A stretch of 64,000 nucleotides of DNA from the human T2T-CHM13v2.0 reference genome, Homo sapiens. The stretch lies in the NCBI RefSeq assembly GCF_009914755.1, contig NC_060933.1, one strand, 5' to 3'. This document shows, one piece after another, positions 1 to 57,259 of this stretch. The notes beneath the pieces were generated by a model that saw only the letters and a list, made by a program, of their open reading frames with translations, had not been told where the DNA came from and did not search any database. Position numbers and translations under genes: made by a program. The number at the start of each line of letters is the position of its first letter. Position 1 is the first letter of the stretch.

Positions 1-699
1 ACAGGGTCCTGAACCTTGTTTCTCACTGGCTACTAATATGTAATGGCTTTCGCTCTGTGCTGATGTGTGACAGTCACCTTGTTGGCCTTCTATGTCCGGG
101 AAGAATTATAGTCACTGCCCTAAAGGGCTCAGATCCTCAGTTTGCAGAAGGCCTGTAGTTGAACATAAAGTGAATTTTGAACCATTGAGAAGACATTCCG
201 CTTCTCTTGAGCCAGTGGTTGAACTCATATTCTTGGACAACCTGCTCCAGAGGGAGACCCTCTGGTAAATGCTGACCTAATGTGGATTGTTGAAGCAGTG
301 GTGTTTACTACTAGCAGTGAAAACTTCATTGGAATTGTTCTCAGCTCTGAAATGCACCATTGACTGGAGCAGTAATAAGCCCAATGGAGACAGGGCTGTA
401 AGTGTGTTCCTTCTGAATGTTAACAGCTGGAGGTCCATACTATCTCCAAGGATTTGATGGCCTTTAAAAACTAAAGAAAAACCAGGTTGGTGGGTAATTT
501 TAGGTTTATTGTATATAGATTTGCATTGGGCAAGAACGGAATGTTAGAAATCTGTAATACTGTATGCTGATGGTAAACTTACTGTAAGGATCTCATTTGG
601 GTATCTGGAAGGTGATAGTTCTGTTTCTTTGTTATATACACAGCATGTTACAGAGATGTGATTTTTCTCCCCATTAAACAGAACTAAAAGACAGTATAT

Positions 700-915
700 T
701 TATTTAAACGCAAAGCTTTTTCCCCTTTTATGTCTCCTCATAAACTCCAGAGACAGTCTGGAAGGCCCTCTTAAATTTGTCAAAGAGCAGTAAAGTGTCT
801 CACGCTCAGTTTTTCTAGCAGATCGTAATACTCTCAGTTGACCCTGCTGGGATTTGAACCTGCAGTTTCTATTAAGTTTGGTGTGTGAAGTCCAACACCT
901 TATCAACTAGGCTTT
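700..915 (-). mobile_element. Ancient tRNA-headed SINE relic (MamSINE1-like; family uncertain)
   Basis: Minus strand reads AGCCTAGTTGATAAGGTGTTGGACTTC...GCAGGTTCAAATCCCAGCAGGGTCA, with an A-box-like stretch and a good B box (GGTTCAAATCC). Confidence 0.45.
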
Positions 916-1139
916 CCCTCTGACATCTTGAAGCCTCCGTGTATATCCTTTGGACTCTGCAGCAAAGTGCATCAGTTGTTAGTTTACTCTGAGCATGGTA
1001 TTCTTAGATTGAAAAGAAGTCTCTGAAGATGTCAAATAAAATGTAAACATTTTCTCCAGCAGTGTGAAGTCTAGTGAGTTAATGTTTGGCACAAGCAGGT
1101 AATTTACATCCATTCTATAGGGTAGTAGAAATGTGATCT

Positions 1140-1454
1140 GGGCAAGTCACAGTGGCTCATGCTTGTAATCTCAGCACTTTGGGAGGCTGAGGTAGGAGGA
1201 TGGCTTGAGCTCAGGGGTTTGATACCAGCCTGGGCAACATAGCGAGACCTTGTCTCTACTAAAAATTAAAAAAATTAGCTGGATGTGGTGGCCCACCCCT
1301 GCAGTCTCAGCTGTTTGGGAGGCTGAAGCAAGAGGCTAGCTTGAGCATGGAGATCAAGGCTGCAGTGAGCTGTGATTGCTCCGCTGCATTCCAGCCTGAG
1401 TGACAGAGTGAGACACTGTCTCAAAAAAAAAAAAAGAAAAAGAAAAAGAAAGAA
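1140..1454 (+). mobile_element. AluJ-type
   Basis: Dimeric Alu with A tail; TSD AGAAATGTGATCT. Confidence 0.93.
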
Positions 1455-2881
1455 ATGTGATCTCATTCAGTTCCATGGATGAAGATCTAAAAACTGCTGG
1501 ATATTAAAAAACATCTGTCTACTTTTCCCAAGTCATTGGCTGGTTAGCAGAAGTAGTGTTTCTTCAACTAGTTCAGATAAGACAAAATCCTGAGTAGTTC
1601 ATCCTGTTCCACAGCCGTCCTCTGCACTTCTATACTGACTGTCTGCCTAGGTTACAAGGGGACCTCTGGATGAGTAGATCCAAGTCTGGTTTATGTTGTT
1701 CCATTCTCCTAAAAATATTTTTAAATGTTCCTAGAAGGTCTACCATTGATAACTTAGTAGCACCTGTCATCACCCGTGAGCAATCCCTTGTTAGGAGAGT
1801 GTGATGCCACAGTGCATTATAGGTTGACAGCAGCCTTCCACAAGCTGGACCAGCTAGCTGTCTGCCAGTCGTCGCCTAAATAGAAATTGTTCTCCGAGAA
1901 ACTACTAATACTTTTTAGGACTTTAAAAAGCATTAGATCTGTTTTGATCTAGATAGACCCACTCAATGCCTCTGGATTGTATAACTACAGCATATAATGT
2001 TGATACAGAATGCAGTCTAAATGGTGCTTCATAGAGTTCGTTCGGCATCACGGTAGCACTACACTTAAATGAGTGTGACCAAGCCATTGTAGAATCAGTA
2101 GAAAGTAACCTTTTGACAGATTTTTAGGCCCGAACCTCTTCTTCACTGGCACCTATTTTGGGGAAATGTTGATTGGTGTGGGGCCTCAGAAGTTCCACAG
2201 TCCTCCTGAAAATCTCTCCCAGTGCTGCTGTTTCACAGTTTAAGCCTGAGCAGTAGGTAATTTGGGATGTGTGTTGTATACCCTGGGCTGATTTAGAACT
2301 TTAATGCTTTAAGATTCTGACTTCTTAGAACAAGCACTAGGTTTCCTTTTAAGAGAACACTGTACATCTACCATTAAAAGAAAAAGCCTCCATTCATTGG
2401 CCAGTGGGTTCGCCCTGCGAGGCTCATTTAACACATGGTTTTGACTCCCGGCTCAGTCAAGTGTGCTGAACACTCAAGAGATCTAAGTGGTACTCCACTG
2501 AGACTGTCTTGTACATGTCCAGTGATTGAATAGCTCAAGTCATCATTTCACAAGGGACTAACTCCTGCCTGTACACTCATTTTAGCTTTCATAAACACTT
2601 GAAGGAAACTAGTGTCTGCAGGAAATCCACGGGCTGCTCCTGTAGCTTTACATTGTTGGGACCCAGTAGAGTACCTGGCGGAGTGAGTCTTCCTTAAAGG
2701 GTTTTGGTGATGTCACTGAGTGTGTGTGCGCCACCACATGTTAATGGAAGTGCTGAACTTCATACTGGGTATTGGAAAGTAGATAGTAAATAAACTATAT
2801 ATTCCACTGTATGTCTCTAAGGCTTTTCTCATTTGCAGATGAGAACATTTATAATGTGATAATTTATCATATAATATAATT

Positions 2882-3012
2882 ATTTTGGGGTAGAGACAGG
2901 GTCTCACTATGTTGCCCAGGCTGGTCTCGAACTCCTGGCCTCAAGCAATCCTCCCACCTCAGTCTTTCAAAGTGCTGGGATGGGTGTGAGGCACCGTGCC
3001 CCCATGCCTGGC
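2882..3012 (-). mobile_element. Alu left monomer (FLAM-like)
   Basis: Antisense left-arm sequence only. Confidence 0.85.
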
Positions 3013-3217
3013 TGTCTTTATTTTAAAATCTGATAGCCCATGTGTATTACCAAACTTTGGTTTCTTCTGAAGTACCAGTTATTTCATAAATAGAAATTTA
3101 CTTAGACCACAGTTCTCAAACTTGTGGCCTGTGAGCTATAGAAGACTTACTATGGGCCTGCAGGCATGCTTTGTTTGACCCACCCAGCACCAACACTTAA
3201 AAACTAGAGTGATTTTT

Positions 3218-4286
<1,069 letters not shown>

Positions 4287-4489
4287 CTATTGTTTTATAC
4301 TGTTCTTTGGGATGCCTAATTGACAGTTTTTTACTTATCTTTTTGTAAATTGTGAGTCAGTCGCCTCTGGTTTTTATTTGAAATTTCTAATGGAAAGCTC
4401 TGGATTGAGAGTTAGGAGGTCTGAGTTGCCTGTAAGCCGATGCATGACCTTGGGCTGGGTTGGGCTTTCCTAGCATTTGATCTATAGGC

Positions 4490-4730
4490 TGTTTAAAGAT
4501 CTTCCGTGGAAAAGAGATCATGGGCAGTTAAGTTTGGGGAATGCAGGATTAAATAAAGGTGAATTGGCTTCTTTACTGTAGGACTTCTCAGAACCTTTAA
4601 CATGCTTATGTGCATTAACTCCTACAGGGTTTAGGGTGTGTTTCGTAAATGTCCTGAAGTTAGATCACTTCGTGCCCTCTTTCCATGGAACCAAATCACA
4701 TTCTGTGCATCAAACGTCAGGAAATGTGGA
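4490..4730. mobile_element. hAT-Charlie-type DNA transposon relic
   Basis: Motif ggacttctcagaacctttaacatgcttatgtgcatt is typical of old Charlie/MER elements; family not resolved. Confidence 0.45.
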
Positions 4731-4958
4731 GCTAGATAATTTCAGCAGTCCCTTCAAACCCTTAGACATTCAGAGCATCCATCTAACTGGATCTGGAAAA
4801 AGCTCACCATGTTATTTTGGTTCTTGTGCTTTCTTATGTTATGTCTGCTGTCTATTCATACTCCCTTCTCTCTCCTTTTCTGTGTAGTCTTTATTCTGAT
4901 AACTTTATCTTAGAATCATCCCAATTGAAAATGTTCTGCATTTGGAGTTTTATTATAA

Positions 4959-5525
<567 letters not shown>

Positions 5526-5721
5526 AAGGGCTATTAATTCTCATTTTATATTTGAAAATAATGAGCCAGAGGGAGATAAAGCAGTTTTCTCAGAGGTGCA
5601 CATGGGTAATATATGCAGCAGTTCTTGGACCCATGCCCTCTGCATTTTAGGAAGGACTTGGTTCCTTAGCAGAGGTGGTTGGGTGGTTTTTCATCTCAAT
5701 GAGGTGGCTGAAGCAGCAATC

Positions 5722-6335
<614 letters not shown>

Positions 6336-7149
6336 TGTCAGTCTTTAAACAGATCACTGGAGGATTGTTGGTGGAATTCGATGGAATGGAAGGGGAAAGC
6401 CAATGGGAGTGTCACATTTAGGGCCTTTGGTGGGAGTGACCCACCTGGAACAGTATTTCAGCATAGAGCCTCACCTGATCATCTTAGCATTCTGCCTACA
6501 AGTGGGCCTCTCCATACCCACTTTAAATGTAGCAGGTGTTTAATGAGCACCTTCTCTGTGCCAAGCATTTTGCTATGCATTAGGAAAGTTCTTTAACTTT
6601 TTCAGAACGTGGACCTTTTTGAGACTCTTGAAACTTTGAACCACTCCCTAGAAATATTTAAATAGTTTGGGATGTAATTTTGGGAAGTCATGAATTCTCT
6701 AAAACTAAACCCTGGGGCTCCTAATTAAGGACTCTTTGTCTTAAGGGTACCAAGATGATGGAGACAGATCCAGTCCTCAGCTCTCATAGTGGGGAGACAG
6801 TGTAACCAACATAACATACTCGGTGAGAGTATGCTATTTAGATGTAGTTTGTAAGGTGATTTGCTAACACAAATGTGGCAGTATTTAATTCTGCCTAAGC
6901 ATAGGAGAGATGAGGTTGTCAGGAAAACCTCCCAAGAAGAGCTGCATCTTATTCAATTGTCATAGAATTCTTTATTTCAATTATTGCAAGTAAGCAGGGC
7001 AGGATCAGCCGGGGCCCCATCTCTGATGACAACAATAGTTCTCATTCATCGAGCCCATGTTGTGCTGGGTGCCAGGCAAGGATTCTTATATATGTTCTTT
7101 CATTTGATGGTCACAAAACTCCCGGGGAGTGGCATTGTGATGTGATTAT

Positions 7150-7510
7150 TAAGAGACAAACTTGAGCTTCAGACAGTATGAGTTCAAGTTCTGGTTCTGC
7201 CACTTAACTAGTTTGGCTTTGGACAAGTTATTTAACTTCTTTCAGTCTTAGTTTTCTCATCTGTAATACAGAAATAGTTGATGATAGTAATAATTTTAAA
7301 AACAATATTGTTAGAAATTAGGAGGTTACCCTGGTTGGTGGGGTGGGTAGTGACTGAAGGGGGCATGAGGCAGACTTCTGGGGTCCTGGTGATGTTTCTT
7401 GATCTAGGTGCTAGTTACATAGGTATTTTAGTGTCCGAAAGTTCAGTGAGCTATAAACTTATGATCCATGTATTTTTCTGTGTCATTGTTCTGCAATAAG
7501 AGGTTAAAAT
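7150..7510 (+). mobile_element. MIR fragment followed by an old L1M 3'-end fragment
   Basis: MIR core (ttggacaagttatttaacttc...ttctcatctgtaa) and an L1ME-like 3'UTR (gatctaggtgctagttacatagg). Confidence 0.6.
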
Positions 7511-8271
7511 AGCAAGCATTTCTGGTTCCTTACTGTGCACCCGGCATTGTTTCTAGTGCTTTACATTTGTTATCTTGTTATCCCTGTGGATACAATTCCA
7601 GGCAAACTGGTTCCAAGTCCCACGGTAAGGAGAATAGTAGCTACTTTAGAAGGTCACTGTGACAATTAAGTGAGGGCACTGTCAGGCACTTAGTAGGCAG
7701 TATGTTTGATGCACTGTCTTCTTTGTAACATTAGGTAGTGGGATGCAGGACTGGGACCTGCCCCTGCGGCCCATGACTCCAAACCTGTCTTAGGAACTTG
7801 TTCTTTGCCACAGGGCTACTTCCCTGGCTGCATACTGTTTCCTCCCACTGTGGGGAGTAGAGTCTTGCAGTCCAACCTACCTTTCTCCCAGGCAGGACCT
7901 CTCTGGGTGGCTGTGCCGCGCAGGCTCTGGGGAAGCAAGTTGGGTCCCACACCCTCGATGCTGGTGTGAGCCTTCACCTCTGCTTGCTGTATCCATGCCA
8001 ATCAACAGGATCCCTGTTGAGTAGCAGGGACACATATGTGGATGGCATTCAGGTGGCTTTGCCTGTTTCTAATTGGTATAGAGTTCTAGTAAGTATGAAG
8101 TTGTGGGGCTATGTGCAACTTTTTATTTGGATTTATAAGGTGACCTACTTTGGTTATGAAACTTGTCAGAGAATTTTAGTCTTGAAAATGTGTACTGGGA
8201 ATAATTAATTGTCATGTTTTCTAACTTTAGTGATTTGTGTACCACCTTTATGATTTTTTCCGTATCATTGA

Positions 8272-8952
<681 letters not shown>

Positions 8953-8957
8953 TATTT

Positions 8958-8959
<2 letters not shown>

Positions 8960-8990
<31 letters not shown>

Positions 8991-9030
8991 CTGTGACATA
9001 CCCCCAAGGAGATCCTGAGAACACATGCCC
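8960..9030 (-). mobile_element. 42-nt MER4-group LTR R-region fragment with A29 tail
   Basis: Minus strand GGGCATGTGTTCTCAGGATCTCCTTGGGGGTATGTCACAGGC + A29; family assignment from recall. Confidence 0.6.
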
Positions 9031-9926
9031 CTAAAATGTTTTTTAAAAGGGAACTAAGTCAGTATCATAAGTGGAAAACTTTGTCATGCATAGAAGGTAA
9101 TTGTGAGAACAATGGAACTTTAAAAACATTCATCCGTGTATCTCCCAAGATCACCTTGTGCATTTTTCTTGGGAAAACACTGGTTTAGTTTGCCTCTGCA
9201 TTTTACAGGTGAAGACACCAAGGAGCAAGGCTCTTAAAGGTCTTGCCCAAGGTCACATGCGGGAAGAACTGGCTGGAAAATCAGGACTGTTGACTGATTC
9301 CTGGTCCAGTGCTCTCCTTCTCTGAGTTTCCACTAACTACTGGTAGTTAAGTGTCTGTGACGTTGATTTGTTTTTCATTTATCACTGTGCTTAAAATAGC
9401 ATGGGTAGTGAGATAACCCATTTGCCTCCCCCTGAAAAGGGGGAAAATAACTTGTGTGGTAGAAAATTGGTAGCAGAGTCCTCTCAGGGTCACGCTTGCA
9501 GATAAGGAGGAGAGTGGCCTTGGTTTTGTGGACCATCCTGGCTTTTATCTCCTGGCCTACAGCATTATGAACTGAGGACTGTACCTCACTTCCCTTAAGT
9601 AACTACTGTTTAAAATGATCAATTATGTGAAGAATTGCTTGGGCTCTGTGCACTGGAAGTCAGGCTTTATTTAAGTCCTTGGGAACTGAGATATGTTTAA
9701 GAAAATATTAAGTGGAGGGAAGGGAGCAGCCAAGTGGTCAGAGAATTTTAGTCTTGAAAATGTGCACTGAGAATAATTAATTGAAAATAGGAAATTAATG
9801 TTTTCTAACTTTAATGATTTGTGTACCTCCTTTATGGTTTTTGCCATATCATTGAATCTTCGACATACCATTTACTTGGACTCCAGAGTCAGGCAGACCT
9901 GGGTTTGAATACTGTTTCTGCCACTT

Positions 9927-10008
9927 TTTATTTTTGTTTTTGTTTGTTTTTTTTTTTTTTTGGTAAACTGAAAGCAAGTTTATTAAGAAAGGAATAAAAT
10001 AGAGCAGG
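9927..10008 (-). mobile_element. Poly(A)-tailed ERV1-LTR 3'-end fragment inserted in a MIR
   Basis: Minus strand ...TTTCTTAATAAACTTGCTTTCAGTTTACC + A-rich tail; TSD CTGTTTCTGCC(A/G)CTT at 9912 and 10009. Confidence 0.7.
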
Positions 10009-10098
10009 CTGTTTCTGCCGCTTATAAGATGGGTGACTTTGGGCAGGTCACTCCATGTCTGAGCCCCAGTTTTTATTGTCTTAAAATGGAAATAATAA

Positions 10099-10331
10099 GG
10101 CCGGGCACGGTGGCTCACGCCTGTAATCCCAGCATTTTGGGAGGCTGAGGTGGGCGGATCACGAGGGCAGGAGTTTGAGACCAGCCTGGCCAACATGGTG
10201 AAACCCCATTTCTACTAAAAATACAAAAATTATCCAGGCATGGTGGCGCATGCCTGTAACCCCAGCTACTCGGGAGGCTGAGGCAGGAGAATCTCTTGAA
10301 TCCAGGAGGCAGAGGTTGCAGTGAGCCAAGA
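10099..10331 (+). mobile_element. 3'-truncated AluS within a MIR
   Basis: Alu ends at GTGAGCCAAG with no tail; MIR sequence on both sides. Confidence 0.88.
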
Positions 10332-10848
10332 ACCTCCTAGAGAATCATGGTGAGGAATAAATGAGATAGCATATTTAAAGTGGTTTTAGCAGAGTAGCAC
10401 GCATTACAGTTTAATTCTATTAGGCATTTAAAATCATTTTTTGGAACAAGGTAGTATGTGGAAGAATGAAGGAGTATATTGCTTCTTTACAGAATAATGT
10501 AACATAGCCTACACCGTAGTATAAATGTAATTTATACATTGTAATGTTGAACTCATACCCAGCATTTGTTTAACCAGGGTTCAAATGCAGTTTCCTCACT
10601 TCAGAGCTGTATCCCAGCTGTTATTCTGTACTACTACTCTCATAGTGGAAATTTCCCAAATTGTAGGTAATGAAGTGAGCATGAATTAAGAAGAAACCTG
10701 AAAGGCTCAGTCACATTTTGGAAGAACACTTGTTGATTTAATCTAAATTAGGAATAGGAAGCTGTCGAAACAACTTTTATCATGGCGGCTTTGGAGGAAA
10801 AAATGACATGAAACTACTACATACGTTAGAAGGCTGGCCAAGGACTCA

Positions 10849-11215
<367 letters not shown>

Positions 11216-11479
11216 TTAAAGGGAACCGGGATAATTTCATATAGAGCTTGTCTTTTTGTTTTGTTTTGTTTTTGAGTCAAGAGTCTCACTCTGAGATGAG
11301 TGTGGCTGTGTTCTAACAAAACTCTAATTACAAAGGCAAGTGGTTCACCAGTGGTAGATTGCCAAGCCCTGGCCTAGGCTACAGTAATATCTCCTAAGGC
11401 TGAGTCTGGCTTAGACTATCTTTTCCTTCCTTCCTTCTTCCTATCTTGTCTCCTAGCAGTCAAGGGGATCTTGTTTGTT

Positions 11480-11773
11480 GTTTTCTGTTGTTGTTTTAAA
11501 GAGATGGGGTCTCGCTCCATCTTCCAGCTGGAGTTCAGTGGCTCGATCGTAGCTCACTGTAACCTCAAACCCCGGCTCAAGCAGTCCTCCTGCCTCAGCC
11601 TCCTGAGTAGCCGGGACTACAGGAATGCACCACCACGCACAGCTACTTTTTTATTTTTTGTAGAGATGGGGGTCTTGCTGTGTTGCCCAGGCTGGTCTAG
11701 AACTCCTGGCCTCAAGCAGTCATCCCGCTTTGACCTCCCAAAGTGCTGGAGTTACCTTTGCTAGCCACCATGC
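11480..11773 (-). mobile_element. AluJ, antisense
   Basis: Diverged antisense dimer. Confidence 0.88.
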
Positions 11774-11789
11774 TTTTGGCTGGGGTGTT

Positions 11790-12340
11790 TTAGAAGCAGA
11801 AATCAGCATGTTACTCTCCTGCTTAAGACTTGCAGTAGCTGCCCATCAGCCTTCCTATAAAGTCCAAGCTCCTCACCATGACCTGAAAGGGTCCAGTGTG
11901 AACTACCCACCTTTGGAACATATCTAGTTCCTTCCATGCTGGCAAGATTGACTTCTTTTCCAGGCTCATACCTACCAAGCTTGCTCCTGCCTCAGGGTCT
12001 TTGTACAAGTTCCTCTGCCTAGAACATGCTTTCTCAATTTTTATGTAGCCAGCTCCTCATCATCACGTAGGACTCAGATGTCACTCCTCACAATGGCCTG
12101 CCCATTCACCCCATTTAAAGCAGCTTCCTAAGCACGCTCTGTGTGACATTATCTTCTCTTACTGTGGTAATGCTTATCACCTGCTGAAATGATCAGTTTA
12201 TTGATTACCTGGTTTACCTTTAACTTCCCCCAGCTGCTGACTCTTAAGTGCCAGGCCTGGTAGTTCTCCTTCACCACAAAAGCTCCAGTGCCTCAAAAAG
12301 CCCATCACACAGTAGGTACTTAACATTTGTTGGGTGAATT
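11790..12340 (+). mobile_element. L2 3'-end fragment
   Basis: L2 hallmarks (cctgcctcagggtctttgtac, gtcactcctca, cacagtaggtacttaacatttgttgggtgaat). Confidence 0.65.
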
Positions 12341-13075
12341 GCCTTGTTTTACAACCCTAGTATTTGTGGTGTGTTCAAGTATTCCTCCGCCTTCAGGAAT
12401 CTTATTATCTTTTCAAAAACTATGAAATATATGGTATTACCCTGGGGCATCATGCAGAGAGGAGGGAGGCTTGCCTCAACATCACAGAACTCGTAAATGT
12501 AAGGGATGATGTCTGCTGTTTAAATCCTGTATTTGGTTTTCAGTATCATGATTGTCTTTGGTTGTTTATTTGTTTCAGGTAATTTCTGTTGGTCCCAATA
12601 GGTGTGAGACTTCTGGGAACATTTGGACTAGCTCAGAACTACCACTGAAGACTTTGCTCTGGGGCACAGCTGTGCTAGCTGCCCCCAATAGACCCCTGTT
12701 TATTAACTTTAACTGAGGGACTAACATCAAGAGCAGTTGCTGTAAATATTCCTTTGGTTAAATGAAAGAGTTGCTTTATTATGAAGATCACATATAATTT
12801 CCTGCTGAGAACAAAGTAGATAAGTAAGAAGTTCTGCATACCATTTGTTTCTGGGGGGAAATTTTTAACAGCTATGTTCTGTCCTTTCACTGATAATAAA
12901 TATTAAAAGTTGAAATAGCTCTTAGAGGTCATCTCCCTTTCTCTGCTGCAGGAATCCTTCTGAGATTGTCTGGACACTTCCAGTAAAGACAAGCTTATGT
13001 TACATCTCTTTAGATCACACATCAGTTTATAGACATTAAAGTTTATAGGATGGGTGTATTCCTAAAGAATTGTCA

Positions 13076-13690
<615 letters not shown>

Positions 13691-13845
13691 TTGTCACATT
13701 TGAGCACATGAGGCCTTTCAAATATTCTTGGGGAATTTGTTGCATAAGCGAACCCTGTGAGAAAAGTTAAACTTTTTGAAGAAAGTTCTTCAATTGTTGG
13801 CTTGCTTTTTTTTTTTTTTTTTCTTCTTAAGATGGGATGTGCCTA

Positions 13846-14184
<339 letters not shown>

Positions 14185-14416
14185 CTAATTTTCTGGTAGA
14201 GACACATTTTTGAAAGTACTAAAGACAAGTTATTATTAAGACCAAAAGAAAACTCACTTAACAGTGAAAAGTATTTGTGCTCTTGCGGTGCTGCCTTCCA
14301 TTAATCAAGGTCAGGGGAGAAATGGGATAATAGCCCTTTAAAGAGGACACTTGTCTTTCTCCCTCAGATAGAGCCATGGTTTGTTACTGAGTGTTTAAAT
14401 CTGATTCTCTCTGTAG

Positions 14417-55959
<41,543 letters not shown>

Positions 55960-56902
55960 GACAGCGTCCTCGTGGCCAACTCTCCCCTCAAAATCATTGT
56001 CAAAGAAAACCTATTTGTAACAGAGGTTTTTACATTTGCAAACCTTTTGATGAAGAACTGTTGTTTTGTTCTGTGAAACACTATATTTAGATTAACGGAA
56101 TTTTTCTAAAAATCAGGAAAATTAGTTACTAAAAATTGCTGATCATTTTTGTTTCATTATTTTTGTTATTTCAAATGTATAAGCTCTGGGATTCTTTTTG
56201 GAGCAATACCTACAAAGTCAGGCACCAGAATGTGCCTCAGAGCTGTGACATTTCAACATGATGGTTTTGGTTTGGTTTGGTTTTGTGTCCTTTTTATTTG
56301 CAGTTTTTTCTGTTGCAACAGAAAGTGGCTTGGAAGTCTTAGGTGGTATGTAACAAATTCTTTTTAAAAATTTTAAAGCAGTATTTAAGTATTCTTAAAT
56401 GTGTAAATTCATTTAATGTTTTACTTCTAATTTCTTGTATCTTGGCTGTCTGGTTTTATTGCATTTTTAAAAAAACTGAACTATTATGTATTGTAATGAA
56501 TGATGTGAATTCTGAACTGAGACAGATAATTGTATTGCTGTCCAACAGGGGTTGGGAGGGGCATTTTGTAGGGTTTGTATAATTTCTAGAGTTCGAAAGG
56601 GGTAATATAAAAATGTGCTCGTGTGTTTAGCCTACGTTTTTCTCATGCCTCCATTACCAGTTGCAATTGTGTATCTAAGACCTCCAAGCTTGTTTTTAAA
56701 ACAAAACAAAAAACCTTTCTCTATTATCTCAGAAATATAAATACTGTTATTTTTAATATTAAGAAATTCAATATAACTTTTAACACACACTGTGGAACAT
56801 TAAACCGTATAAAAATGTAGTTATAACTATTTTTAATTCCAAGGTGTTGTTTGCTTTTTTCTTTTAAATATTTTCTTAATATTTTGTCAGATTAACTAGA
56901 TG

Positions 56903-56912
56903 AATAAATAAA
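56903..56912 (+). terminator. Proximal overlapping AATAAATAAA poly(A) signals (candidate alternative polyadenylation)
   Basis: Two overlapping AATAAA hexamers, an ATTAAA just downstream and a U-rich context. Confidence 0.55.
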
Positions 56913-57253
56913 TCTAGTATTAACCGCATTATGAATTAAATAATTTTGATTTAATGAAAGGGATAATATGATTTCCAGTGTTTACTGTAGTGTATCTTGT
57001 ACAGATAACATGTATTTTTAAAGGAAAAAAAACGGAATTGAAGCTATTTTTTCTTGCATTTCTAATTGACCTGAGGGACATTCCGTTTGAAATGTACTGA
57101 AGTTACAGTTTCTGGTTTTTTCTCCTTATTTTTCTTATAATGCTTGAAATGTCTAACTATTAAAAAAGACAATTGGAAAATGTTATGCATGGGGTTTTTA
57201 AGAAAACAAAGTGTTCTTTTTATTTGACTGACAATTCATTTTACACTCTATAT

Positions 57254-57259
57254 AATAAA
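57254..57259 (+). terminator. Distal polyadenylation signal AATAAA
   Basis: AATAAA followed by a GU/U-rich downstream element (tctttctggcctgtttgcttt). Confidence 0.8.

Noticed and set aside
840-915. Functional tRNA gene
   Set aside because: No acceptor stem, poor anticodon and T stems, no T-run terminator; kept only as a SINE-like relic
1060-1098. 39-nt cryptic exon (tttctccag ... CAG|gtaatt) with an in-frame TAG
   Set aside because: Short pyrimidine tract; indistinguishable from background pseudo-exons without data
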